64,000 bases of DNA from an uncultured Alphaproteobacteria bacterium (lineage in GTDB: Bacteria; Pseudomonadota; Alphaproteobacteria; Rhizobiales; Beijerinckiaceae): contig CAWETR010000024.1 of the NCBI GenBank assembly GCA_963811975.1, positions 49,947 through 113,946 of the forward strand, given 5' to 3'. This document shows positions 1 through 10,228 of the stretch, piece after piece; positions within the stretch are counted from its first letter, which is position 1, and every line of letters starts with the position of its first letter. Made by a program: the position numbers and the translations under genes. A model generated the notes under the pieces. The model ran no database searches and was not told the DNA's origin. It was given only the letters and a program-made list of their open reading frames with translations.

Positions 1-559
1 CATCGCGGGCGAGCGCTACGACCTTCCAAAACCCTTCCATGTGCTGGCGACGCAGAACCCGCTGGAGCAGGAGGGCACCTATCCGCTGCCGGAGGCGCAG
101 CTCGACCGTTTCCTGATGCAGGTCGACGTGCCCTATCCGCAACGCGACGCCGAGCGGCGCATCCTGATCGAGACGACCGGACAGGCGCGCCCGGCGCCGC
201 AGCAGGTGATCGATTCCGCCGGGCTGATGGAGATCCAGGCGCTGGTGCGGCTGATGCCGGTGGGCTCGGCCATCGTGGACTGCATTCTCGACCTCGTGCG
301 CGCCGTGCGTCCGGGCGACGGCGATCCCGAACTGACCAGGCACATCGCCTGGGGGCCGGGGCCGCGCGCCGCGCAATCCTTGATGCTCGCCTGCCGCGCC
401 CGCGCCCTGACGCAAGGCCGCCTCGCGCCGAGCAAGGCCGACGTGCTGGCTCTGGCCGGTCCGGCGCTCAAGCACCGCATGGCCCTGACCTATAGCGCCC
501 GCGCCGATGGCGAGACCATCGACGCCGTCATCGAGCGGCTGAAGCAAAGATTCGCCTGA
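1..559 (+). CDS. MoxR family AAA+ ATPase (5' part outside window)
   Basis: ATQNPLEQEGTYPLPEAQLDRF motif typical of MoxR; first gene of a MoxR-DUF58-BatA operon. Confidence 0.93.
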   Translation, partial: IAGERYDLPKPFHVLATQNPLEQEGTYPLPEAQLDRFLMQVDVPYPQRDAERRILIETTGQARPAPQQVIDSAGLMEIQALVRLMPVGSAIVDCILDLVRAVRPGDGDPELTRHIAWGPGPRAAQSLMLACRARALTQGRLAPSKADVLALAGPALKHRMALTYSARADGETIDAVIERLKQRFA

Positions 560-1491
560 TGGCCCAGCCCGCCCGGAGCGCCTTCGCCTTTCTGCCGCCC
601 GAAGCGGCGCGGCCCGATCACGACAAGCGGTTCCAGGCGCTCGATCTCGCGCGCCGTCTGCCGGCTCTGGCGCTTGCGGCGCGGCAGGCGGCGGCCTCGG
701 CGCAGGCCGGCCCGCACGGGCGCCGGCGCGCCGGCATGGGCGAGAATTTCTGGCAGTTCCGGCCGTTCATTCCCGGCGAGGCCGCGCAGAACGTCGATTG
801 GCGCCGCTCGGCCCGCGACGACCGGCTCTATGTGCGCGAGCGCGAATGGGAGGCGGCGCAGGTGCTGTGGGTCTGGGCCGACCTGTCCGGCTCAATGAAC
901 TATCGCTCGCCGCTGGCGTCGCAATCCAAGCTCGACCGGGCGCTGGTGCTGGCGCTGGCGTTGTCCGATTCCTGCGTGCGCGCCGGCGAGCGCACCGGCT
1001 GGCTCGGCCTGACCCGGCTGTCCGCCGCGCGCGACATCGTCGACAGCCTCGCCGTCGCCCTGATCGCCGAAAGCCGCGCCAATGGCGAAAGCTTTGCCGA
1101 CCTGCCTCAGGCCGCGCCGCTGCGCCCGCGCGAAAAGGCGGCTTTGATCGGCGATTTCCTGGTCGCGCCCGCCGATTTCGCGGCCTGCCTGCAACGGCTC
1201 GCGGCGCAGGGCGCGCGCGGCCACGCGCTGATGATTTTCGATCCCGCCGAAGAGGCTTTCCCCTTCGCCGGCCAGACCGAATTCTTCGACGAGGCGGGCG
1301 ACCTTTTGCGCGCCGGCCGCGCCGAGGATTACGCCGCGCCCTTCGGCGCGCGCCTCGCCGCCCATCGCGACGCGCTGGCCGATGCGGCGCGCTCGCTGGG
1401 CTGGACCTTCTCGCTGCACTCGACCGAGCGGCCCGCCTCCGACGCATTGCTCAACCTGCGTCTCGCGCTGACCGCGGATGGCGCGCGATGA
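559..1491 (+). CDS. DUF58 domain protein (MoxR-associated, vWA-like)
   Basis: HGRRRAGMGENFWQFRPF...VDWRRSAR...VRERE and DLSGSM motifs; start overlaps the MoxR stop. Confidence 0.9.
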   Translation: MAQPARSAFAFLPPEAARPDHDKRFQALDLARRLPALALAARQAAASAQAGPHGRRRAGMGENFWQFRPFIPGEAAQNVDWRRSARDDRLYVREREWEAAQVLWVWADLSGSMNYRSPLASQSKLDRALVLALALSDSCVRAGERTGWLGLTRLSAARDIVDSLAVALIAESRANGESFADLPQAAPLRPREKAALIGDFLVAPADFAACLQRLAAQGARGHALMIFDPAEEAFPFAGQTEFFDEAGDLLRAGRAEDYAAPFGARLAAHRDALADAARSLGWTFSLHSTERPASDALLNLRLALTADGAR

Positions 1492-4257
1492 GCCTGCTGG
1501 CGCTGTCCTTTTCGTCGCTGTCCTTCTCCGCGCCCTGGGCGCTGCTGGTCCTCGCCGGCGCGCCCTTGCTCTATCTGTTGCTGCGGGTGACGCCGCCGCC
1601 GCCGCAGCGGATCGCCTTTCCGCCGCTCAAGCTGATCCTCGACCTGAAAAAGCCCGACGCCACGCCCGCGCGCACGCCGCTCTGGCTGCTGATCCTGCGC
1701 ATGGCGCTGGCCGCGCTGGCCGTGCTCGCGATGGCCGGGCCGGTGCTGACGCCCAGCGGCGCGCCCGCTGCGAAGAACGGCCCGCTGCTGCTGCTGATCG
1801 ACGACGGCTGGCCGGCCGCCGCCGACTGGACCCTGCGGGTTCAGGCGGCGGAATCGCGGCTCGAGGCGGCGGGGCGCGAAGGCCAGCCCGCGGCGGTCCT
1901 CGCCTTTTCCGAACCTCCGGCCGAGGCGCTGGCGGCGCAGGACGCGTCCGCGGCTTTGGCGCGGTTGCGGGCGATCAAGCCCAAGGCGTTTTTGCCCGCC
2001 CGCGCGGCGGCGTTCGACGCCATCGCCGCTTTCATGAAGGCGCATCCGGACGCGCAGGTCGTGTGGCTGACCGACGCGCTGGAGGATGCGGACGGCGCGG
2101 GCTTCGCCGCCCGGCTCGCCGCTCTGGCGCCGGAAACGGAAATCCTGCGCGATCCGCGCCCCGTGCAGGTCATCGCGAGCGCCGACAATGGCGTCGCGGC
2201 GATGGAGGCGCGTCTCGTCCGCTCGGCTCGAGGCGGCGTGGCGGCGGGACGCGTGCGCGCCTCGGACGCCAAGGGCGCGTCGCTCGGCGAGGCCGATTTC
2301 GATTTCGGGCAGGAGCTGACCGCGAAGGCCTTGTTCGACCTGCCGGTGCAATTGCGCAACGAGATCGCGCGGCTCGAAATTCTCGGCGAGAACTCCGCCG
2401 GCGCCGTGCTGCTGCTCGATTCCGGCTCCCGGCGCCGGCGCGTCGGGCTGGTCGCGGGCGCCGACCGGCGAGCAGCCGCTGCTGTCGCCGCTGCATTTCC
2501 TGCGCGACGCCCTCCTGCCCTTCGCCGATCTGCGCGAGGCCAAGCCCGGCGCCGCCGATCCGGTCGGCCAGGTGCTCGACGACGGCGTGGACGTGCTGAT
2601 CCTCGCCGACGTCAACGCCGCCGCGCCGGCGCTGCGGGCGCGGCTCGACGCCTTCCTCGCCTCGGGTGGGACGCTGGTGCGTTTCGCGGGCCCGCGCCTC
2701 GCCGCGGGCGGCGACGACCTGTTTCCGACCAAACTGCGGCGCGGCGGCCGCACCCTTGGCGGCGCCCTGTCGTGGGACAAGCCGAAGCCGCTGGCGCCCT
2801 TCGAGGAAACCAGTCCCTTTTTCGGCCTGACGCCGCCCGCCGAGGCCACCGTGTCGCGGCAGGTGCTGGCCGAACCGGAGGAGGGGCTTCCGGCGAAGAC
2901 CTGGGCGCGGCTCGCCGATGGCACGCCCCTCGTCACGGCGGACCGGCGCGGGCCGGGAACCCTGGTCCTGTTCCATGTCTCGGCGGATTCCGGCTGGTCG
3001 AACGTGCCGTTGTCGGGCCTGTTCGTCGAGATGCTCAAGCGCATCGTCGATCGCGCCGGCATCGTCGCCAAGGCGGGCGAATCCAATGCCGAAACCGAGG
3101 CGTTTTTGCCGCCGCTGCGGCTGCTTGACGGCTTCGGAAATCGCCGGCGCGCCGCCCGCCAGCGCCAAGCCGCTTCCATCCAAGGGCGTTGCGGCGCCCG
3201 ATTCCGACCATCCCGCCGGGCTCTATGGCGCCGCCGCCGCGCCGCGCGCGCTCAACGCCTTCAATCGCGACATGAAGCTGACGCCGCTCGACTTCGCCGG
3301 CCTGCGCCTCCGGCTGACGGAACTGGCGGGCCCGCGCCCCGTCGATCTGCGGCCGCCCTTGCTGATCGGCGCGTTCCTGCTCGCCTTGGCGGACATGCTG
3401 GCCATGCTCTGGCTGGGCGGCGCGCTGGCGCCGCCAGGTCGGGCCGGCCATCGCGGGCCTCGCTCTGCTGCTCGCGCTGGCGCCGCCCCCGGCGAAGGCC
3501 GAAACCCATCGCCCCAGCGACATCCAGGCCGGCGTTCGGCAACAAGCTCGCTTATGTGGTCACCGGCAATTCGCGCGTCGACCGCATCAGCGGCGAGGGG
3601 CTCTATTCGCTGTCCGAGACCTTGGCGCGGCGCACCTCCTTCGTGCCGAGCGAGCCGCAGGGCATCGATCCCGCGCGCGACGAATTGTCGTTCTATCCGC
3701 TGATTTACTGGCCCGTCGCGCCCGACCGGCCGCAGCCCGGCCCGGAGGTCGCGCGGCGCATCGAGGCCTATATGAAACAGGGCGGGCTGGTGCTGTTCGA
3801 CACGCGCGACGCCGGGATGCAGTTCGAGGGCGGCCCGCCGACGCCGGGGCAGGCGTGGCTGAAGACCTTTCTGAAGGACATCGACCTGCCGCCGCTGGAG
3901 CCGACGCCGCGCGACCATGTCGTCACCAAGACCTTCTACCTGCTGGAGAGCTTTGTCGGCCGCACCGAAAACGGCGCGACCTATATCGAGGCGCTGCCGC
4001 CCGACACCGAAAAGGAAGGCCGCCCGGCGCGCGCGGGCGACGGCGTCTCGCCGATCATCATCGCCTCCAATGACCTGGCGGCGGCCTGGGCCGGCGACCA
4101 GGGCGGCGACGGCCTCTATCCGCTCGATCCGGGGGGCCCGCGCCAGCGCGAAATGGCGCTGCGCGGCGGGGTCAATATCGTGATGTACACGCTGACCGGC
4201 AATTACAAGGCCGATCAGGTCCATGTTCCGGAATTGCTGGAAAGGCTCGGGCATTGA
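1488..4257 (+). CDS. BatA N-terminal domain / DUF4159 membrane protein (split by apparent frameshifts near 2465, 3140 and 3450-3530)
   Basis: N-terminal F..PW.LL...PLLYLLLRVTPPPP..FPPLKLI (BatA-like); C-terminal LAYVVTG...FYPLIYWP...MYTLTGNYKADQVH (DUF4159); pieces lie in ORFs 798, 2572 and 2918. Confidence 0.8.
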
Positions 4258-6372
4258 GGGAGTTCAGCCTCGCCTTCGCGCCTCTCGCGCCGCTCTGGCT
4301 GATCGGGCTGTTCGCCGTCGTCGCGGCGGCCCTCGTCGTCGCCGCGCTCGTCCTGCGGCGCCGGGGCGCCGTCCTGCGCGCGGTCGTCTTTACCGCCTTG
4401 CTCGGCGCGCTCGCCAATCCCTCGCTGGTCGAGGAGCGGCGCGAGCCCCTGCGCGACGTGGTCGCATTGGTGCTGGACCGCAGCGCCTCGCAGGATTTCG
4501 GCGACCGCCGCGCCCAGACCGAAGCCGCCCACGTCGCGCTCGACAAGGCGCTGAAGGGGCTCGACAACGTCGAGGTCCGGACCATCGACGCGGGGGCGGA
4601 CGCCGGCGAGTCCGAGGGCGGCGACGGCACGCGGCTGTTTTCGGCGCTGAACGCGGGTCTCGCCGATGTCGCCGGCGAGCGGCTCGGCGCAGTGATCATG
4701 GTGACGGACGGCCAGGTCCACGATATTCCGGCGTCGCTCGCCGCCGCGGGCCTCAAGGCGCCGCTCCACGCTTTGATCACCGGAAACGCCGCGGAGCGCG
4801 ACCGCCGCATCGTGCTGGTCGAGGCGCCGCGGTTCGGCCTGATCGGCAAGGACATCGTCTTTACCGTGAAAGCCGAGGAGACCAACGGGCCGGGCGATCC
4901 GATCCCGGTGACGGTGCGGCGCGACGGCGAGGTGGTGACGCGCGTGCTGGCGCGGCCCGGCGAGCCGGTGAAAATTCCGCTGCGCCTGAGCCACGGCGGC
5001 AAGAGCGTGCTCGAATTCGACGCCGAGCCGATGGACGGCGAACTCACCACGATCAACAACAAGGCGGTGGCGACGGTCGAGGGCATCCGCGACCACCTCA
5101 AGGTGCTGCTGGTGTCGGGCGAGCCCAACCCGGGCGAGCGCGCCTGGCGCAACCTGCTGAAATCCGACGCCAATGTCGAGCTGGTGCATTTCACCATCCT
5201 GCGCCCGCCGGAAAAGCAGGACGGCACCCCGATCCGCGAACTGGCGCTGATCGCCTTTCCGACCGCCGAATTGTTCGGCAAGAAGATCGTCGATTTCGAC
5301 CTGATCGTGTTCGACCGCTATTCGAACATGGGCCTGCTGCCGCCGGCCTATTTCGACAATATCGTCCGCTATGTCCGCGACGGCGGCGCGCTGGCCATCG
5401 TCGCGGGGCCGAATTTCGCCGAAGCCGACGGGCTGTATTACACGCCGATCGGCAAGGTCGTCCCGGCGCGGCCGACCGGCGAAGTCAGCGAGGGGCCGTT
5501 CCGGGCTTCGCTGTCGTCCGATCGGCGAGCGCCATCCGGTGACGCGCGACCTGCCGGGAAGCCAGAGCAAGCCGCCGAACTGGAGCGAATGGTTCCGGCA
5601 GGAGCAGGCGACCGCGCTGCGCGGCGCTTCGGTGCTGTCGGGCGCCAAGGACGCGCCCTTGCTGGTGCTGTCGCGCGAGGGCAAGGGGCGCGTCGCGCTG
5701 CTGCTGACCGACCAGAGCTGGCTGTGGGCGCGCGGCTACGAGGGCGGCGGCCCCTATGTCGACCTGATGCGCCGGATGGCGCATTGGCTGATGAAGGAGC
5801 CCGAACTGGAGGAGGAGGCGCTGCGCGCGACGGCGCGCGGCCGCGAACTGACGATCGAGCGCCAGACCCTCGGCGACAAGGCCGCGCCCGCCGTCCTGAC
5901 GTCGCCGTCAGGCAAGACCCGGGACATCACGCTCGCGCCCGCCGGGCCGGGCCTGTTCCGCGCGACGGTCAAGGCCGAGGAGCTGGGGCTTTATCGCGCC
6001 AACGAGGGCGACCTGACGGCTCTGGTCAATGTCGGGCCGGAAAATCCGCTGGAATATCGCGACGTGGTTTCGACGACCGAAAAGCTGAGGCCGCTCGCCG
6101 AAGCCAGCGGCGGCTCCGTGCGCCGCATCGGCGCGCCGGGAACCAGCGCCATCACCATGCCGCGCCTCGTCGCGATGGGCGACAGCCCGGTCTATGCGGG
6201 GTCGGATTATATCGGGATCCGCCGCACCGAGGCGAGCGTGGCGCGCGGCGTGAAGCTGACGCCGCTCGCCATCGGCTGGTTCGGGCTGCTGGTCCTGCTG
6301 GGCGCGCTGCTCGCGGCCTGGGCCTGGGAAGGGCGGCGCACGCGCGGGGCCGCCTCGAGCCAGGCGCCCTAG
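4254..6372 (+). CDS. conserved membrane protein with vWA-like and class I glutamine-amidotransferase-like domains (frameshift near 5515)
   Basis: VLDRSASQ, TDGQVHD, LLVSGEPNPGERAWRNLLKSD, HFTILRPPEKQD; C-terminal half WLWARG...RRMAHWLMKEPELEEE is in ORF 5371..6372. Confidence 0.8.
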
Positions 6373-6890
6373 GTCGTTGCGCCCGATGCTGCCACGCCCG
6401 ACGTCACCGCGCCCATATGGCCTTGCAGGGCGCCCGGCTGCAGTTCGCTATAAAGGATGCGGCCGGGATCGACCGGACCGGGAAACTGGAACTTGCCGAA
6501 CGGCGCGCGCGAGAAGCCGAGTCGCTCGTAAAGCGGCGGGTCGCCGACCAGGATGACGAGGCCGTGCCCGGCGTCGCGCGCCGCCTGAAGCGACTTCTGC
6601 GCCAGGGTTTCGCCGACGCCCCTCGCGCGAAAGGCCTCCTCGACCGTCAGCGGTCCCAGCAGCAGCGCCGGCGCGCCGCCGATGCCGATGCGCGTCATGG
6701 TGTTGGCGCCGACCAGCATGCCGCCGATGCGGGCGAGGAAGGACAGGCTCCAGTCCGGCTCGACGCCTTCGCGCAGGCGATAGGCGGTCTTGGCGAAGCG
6801 GCCGGGACCGAAGGCGCGCTCCTCAAGCTTGAGAATGGCGGGCCGATCGGCGGGCGTGACGAGAGCGTAGTCGAGGGAAAGTTCGGTCAT
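6369..6890 (-). CDS. GNAT family N-acetyltransferase (YhbS-like)
   Basis: AFGPGRFAKTAYRLREG, LLGPLTV..FRARGVG, VILVGDPPLYERLGF. Confidence 0.88.
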   Translation of the reverse strand: MTELSLDYALVTPADRPAILKLEERAFGPGRFAKTAYRLREGVEPDWSLSFLARIGGMLVGANTMTRIGIGGAPALLLGPLTVEEAFRARGVGETLAQKSLQAARDAGHGLVILVGDPPLYERLGFSRAPFGKFQFPGPVDPGRILYSELQPGALQGHMGAVTSGVAASGATT

Positions 6891-6977
6891 GGCGGCGGTT
6901 TAACGCCAGCCGCGCCAAGGGGAAAGCGGCAATTTGCGCGCAGACGCCGAAATTGGAGCGAAGGTCCCGAAAAAGCA

Positions 6978-7007
6978 AAACGCCGGCCGCGAGGGCGGCC
7001 GGCGTCG
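6978..7007 (-). terminator. intrinsic terminator downstream of cytochrome c2
   Basis: stem CGCCGGCCGC-GAGG-GCGGCCGGCG, followed on the minus strand by TTTTGCTTTT. Confidence 0.7.
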
Positions 7008-7028
7008 AAAGCGCGATGGGCTTGCGGC

Positions 7029-7415
7029 TTACTTGGAGCCGTCGGCCTTGAACTGGGAGATATAGGCCCAGAGGTTGTTGCGGTCGGTTTCGTCCGGGAT
7101 GCCGGCGAAGGTCATCTTGGTGCCGGGGATCTTCTTCTGCGGGCCGGCGATATATTCCAGGAAGGTCGCCTCATCCCAGGTGATGCCGGAATTCTTGTTG
7201 GCGTCCGAATAATTGTAGCCTTCGACCGAGCCGGTCTTGCGGCCGTTGAGGCCGTTCAGCTCGGGGCCGACGACGTTCTTGGCGCCGGGGCCGATCTGGT
7301 GGCAGGCCTTGCACTTGTTGAACACCTTGGCGCCCGCGTCCGGATCGCCCGCGGCGAAAGCGGACGAGGTGAGAGCGAGGACGGCCGCCGCCGACAGCGC
7401 ATGGATGAGCTTCAT
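7029..7415 (-). CDS. cycA: cytochrome c2 (class I, periplasmic)
   Basis: signal peptide MKLIHALSAAAVLALTSSAFA, heme motif CKACH, GPELNG, IPGTKMTF axial Met. Confidence 0.9.
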   Translation of the reverse strand: MKLIHALSAAAVLALTSSAFAAGDPDAGAKVFNKCKACHQIGPGAKNVVGPELNGLNGRKTGSVEGYNYSDANKNSGITWDEATFLEYIAGPQKKIPGTKMTFAGIPDETDRNNLWAYISQFKADGSK

Positions 7416-7593
7416 GTTAGGTTTCCTTCCTGACGGGGACTGCGAACCCAAATCGGTGCAAACTTCCTTGGCGGCGCGGCGTCGAAAACCGCGCGCGCCT
7501 CAATCTAGGCCGTGGATCGTCCCATGACAATCGCTCCCGTTGCTGATGAGGGACTCAACTTTGGCGCCGTTTTTTGTCGCAGGACGCTGAGCC

Positions 7594-8630
7594 TTGGCCG
7601 ACCTCGATTTCGCGCGCGGCATCCTCCGCATCCGTTTCGGCTTTGCCGATTTTCTTCCCGGCCAGGCCGAGCCGGTCGCCGCCGCGCTCGACGGCGAGGA
7701 TGTTTTCGTGCTGTGGCCGACGGGCGCGCGGAAAATCCCTCGTCTATCAATTGCCGGCGCTCGCGCGGCCGGGCCTCACTCTGGTGGTTTCGCCGCTCGT
7801 CGCCCTGATCCGCGACCAGGTCCAGAAGCTGAGCGACTCGGCCTTCCCGCCGCCGCGCTGCATGCCGATCTCGCGCCGGACGCTTGGCGGAAGGTCCGCG
7901 ACGGGCTCGAGAGCGGCCGGCTGCGCCTGCTTTATGTTTCCCCCGGAACGTCTGGCGGACCCGGAGGCGCTGGCGAGTTTTCGCGCGGCGGGCGTGCGCG
8001 CGCTGGCGATCGACGAGGCTCATTGCGTTTCGCAATGGGGCTGATTTCCGGCCGGATTACCGGCGGATCGCCGCCGCCGCCGCCCTCGGCCAACCCCAGA
8101 TCATCGCGACGACCGCCACGGCTTCGCCGCAGACGCGCGCGGACATGATCGAAAACCTGTTCACGCGGCCGCCCCGGCTGTTCGTCGGCTCCTTCCAGAG
8201 GCCCTCGATCGCGCTTTCGGCGATCCCGCGCGCCCGCGACGGCTTGCGGCAAGTGCGCGAATTGGTCGCGGCGCGGCGCGGAAAGAGCGAAATCGTCTAT
8301 TGTGCGACGCGCGAGACGGCGGAAACCATCGCCGACGCTTTGGCCGCCGACGGTCATCGCGCGGCCTCCTATCACGCCGGCCTCTCGCCGGAGGTCCGCG
8401 TCGCGCGGCAGGACGAATTCCTCGCGCGCTCCGACAGCGTGATGGCGGCCACCATCGCCTTCGGCCTCGGCGTCGATAAACCCGACGTGCGCTTCATTGA
8501 TCCGCCGGACCATCTCGAAACGGTGCTTAATCTTGCGCCGATCAACCTGCGAAAGATGGAGATGCTCGCTTTGGCGCAAGATCGCCTGTTCGAGCAGAAG
8601 GCGAGCCGGCGGTTTCAGAAAGAGTTCTGA
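7594..8630 (+). pseudogene. recQ: RecQ-family helicase, frameshifted and C-terminally truncated
   Basis: PTG-GKSLVYQLPA, VVSPLVALIRDQV, IDEAHCVSQWG, DFRPDY, ATTATA, ATIAFGLGVDKPDVRF spread over 3 frames; motif VI (QExGRAGRDG) and the Zn/RQC domains are missing. Confidence 0.75.
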
Positions 8631-8734
8631 GCGCCTTTCGCGCCGCCGCGGGCGCACGGAAACCGCGCGGCGATCTCCGCGGAAGATGCGGCAGTTCAAA
8701 AAGCGCCCGTTCAAATCAAGATCAGCGCCGAAAA

Positions 8735-8890
8735 GCGAAAGAGCCTTCCGCGACCGGCCGGGTCGCGGAAGGCTCTGGATCGCCGCTGGCCTGGCGCGTG
8801 GAGCGGGCGGGGAGGAGGATCGCTTCGCTCGAGACATCCGGGACAAGGGGGGTGACGCGGCGACCGTTGCGAGGACGCCGGGCCTGGCTC
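8735..8890 (-). ncRNA. candidate 3'-UTR-derived sRNA with anti-SD CCTCCTCCC loop (cuckoo/ar14-like)
   Basis: minus strand GAGCG-AA-GCG-ATCCTCCTCCC-CGC-C-CGCTC hairpin (8801-8830), second C-rich tract CCCCCCTTGTCCC, then a terminator. Confidence 0.4.
8741..8775 (-). terminator. strong hairpin / intrinsic terminator
   Basis: GAGCCTTCCGCGACC-GGCCG-GGTCGCGGAAGGCTC 15-bp perfect stem, followed on the minus strand by TTTCGCTTTT. Confidence 0.75.
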
Positions 8891-8894
8891 GCTG

Positions 8895-8978
8895 TCACCA
8901 GACGGCGGCAAGAACCGCGGTCATGAAAGCGAAAGCGGCGCAAATCGACATGATTTCAACTTTGATCGCAGACGTCAT
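8895..8978 (-). CDS. unannotated 27-aa hydrophobic small protein MTSAIKVEIMSICAAFAFMTAVLAAVW
   Basis: translated by hand; G-rich RBS GGGGGG 7 nt before the ATG; single TM-like stretch; lies between an AT-rich promoter region and a terminator. Confidence 0.55.
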   Translation of the reverse strand: MTSAIKVEIMSICAAFAFMTAVLAAVW

Positions 8979-9144
8979 CAGCTAGCCCCCCAGTATTCGA
9001 TGAGTGTGTCTGAAACGAATCATCCGTTCCGTTTTTCGACACCGCGCATCGGTGAAGATTTAATGAATTGTAAATTTCACGACAGTTCCGAACAATTCCA
9101 AATGGCGGGCAGTGCGGCCTGAACTTGCGGCATTCTGGCCGCAA

Positions 9145-9163
9145 ATGCACAATGATTGTGCAT
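9145..9163. promoter_or_regulatory. perfect inverted repeat ATGCACAAT-G-ATTGTGCAT (putative operator)
   Basis: 9-bp arms in the AT-rich divergent region between the small ORF and the TetR gene. Confidence 0.45.
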
Positions 9164-9444
9164 GATGGCTTTTGCAGCGCTCCCATGGTCGGCTGACTCA
9201 TTTTTGTGTGCGCGCACAATGCCTCGATCTCGGGCGTAAACTACTGGCCTCCTTGTCGCCAACCTGTCGCCCCGCGGGCTTTTCGCGCAAACGAAACCGC
9301 ATATTCTGGAATCATTCTAATGTAAGGTGGGCGCCGGCGGGATCGCGGCAAGATCCGCGACCAAAAAAATTGAAACCTGCCGCCGCGACGCGCTTAATGG
9401 CTTGGCGTCGCGACTCGCGGCGGAAAAAGAGGCAGGGAGCGGGA

Positions 9445-10173
9445 ATGGCCGCCGAAGGTCAATTTTGCGGACGGCGCGCCGAAAAAGGGCGGGGCTACCA
9501 TCATGGCCGGTTGCGCCAGGCGCTGCTCGCGGCGGCGCGGGCGCTGATCTCCGAGCGCGGTCCTGCCGGCTTCACCCTGGCCGAGGCGGCGAAGCGCGTC
9601 GGCGTCACCGGCGCTGCGCCCTATCGCCATTTCGCCGACCGCAACGCGCTCATCGCCGAACTGGCGGAGCAGGGTTTCGAGCATTTCAACGAAGAACTCG
9701 GGCGCGCCTGGGACGGCGGAAAGCCGGACGCGCTGTCGGCGCTGCGCCGGCGCGGAGCAGCCTATCTGGCCTTCGCCAAGACCGAGTCCGGGCTTTACAA
9801 GGCGATGTTCGGCGACGCCGGGGCCTTGGCGCGGCAGGCTGGCGACAGCGCCGGGCAGAAAGCCTTCGAGGACCTGCTGCGCACCACCATCGCCGTGCTG
9901 CGCCAGTTCTACGCGCCGGAGCCGGGCGCCCGCGTCCTGGCGCTGCAAATCTGGGCGACCACCCACGGAATCGCCGATCTGATGCTCGCCGGCCATTTCG
10001 GCGACGATCTCGAACAGGCGAATGCGCTGCTGGACGAATCCGTCGCCGCGCTGATCGAAGGCGCGGTGCGCAAGGCGCTCGGCGTGCCCTCGGCCTTGCC
10101 GCCCAAAAGCGGGGCGGGCGCTGGGCCTGAAAAAAAATTTCATGGCGCCCCTGTTACGAGCCTAGCAATGTAA
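9445..10173 (+). CDS. TetR/AcrR family transcriptional regulator (WHG-type C-terminus)
   Basis: YHHGRLRQALL, FTLAEAAKRVGVTGAAPYRHF HTH, IWATTHG. Confidence 0.92.
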   Translation: MAAEGQFCGRRAEKGRGYHHGRLRQALLAAARALISERGPAGFTLAEAAKRVGVTGAAPYRHFADRNALIAELAEQGFEHFNEELGRAWDGGKPDALSALRRRGAAYLAFAKTESGLYKAMFGDAGALARQAGDSAGQKAFEDLLRTTIAVLRQFYAPEPGARVLALQIWATTHGIADLMLAGHFGDDLEQANALLDESVAALIEGAVRKALGVPSALPPKSGAGAGPEKKFHGAPVTSLAM

Positions 10174-10187
10174 ATGTATATTACATT
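10167..10187. promoter_or_regulatory. inverted repeat AATGTAA-N7-TTACATT, probable TetR operator upstream of the DUF2852 gene
   Basis: palindrome seen directly, 42 bp upstream of ATG 10229; a half site AATGTAA is also present at ~9319 upstream of tetR. Confidence 0.55.
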
Positions 10188-10228
10188 CACATCGACGGCC
10201 GCTCGCGCCGCGATGAAGGGAGTGTCCT

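Noticed and set aside
4254-7433. 1059-aa ORF in the track
   Set aside because: Artefact of a frameshift near 5515. The real C-terminus is in ORF 5371..6372, and the remainder is antisense to the GNAT and cycA genes.
8530-8582. 10-bp inverted repeat ATCTTGCGCC/GGCGCAAGAT at the recQ breakpoint as a MITE
   Set aside because: Short, single occurrence, no target-site duplication seen and no transposase; could be chance.
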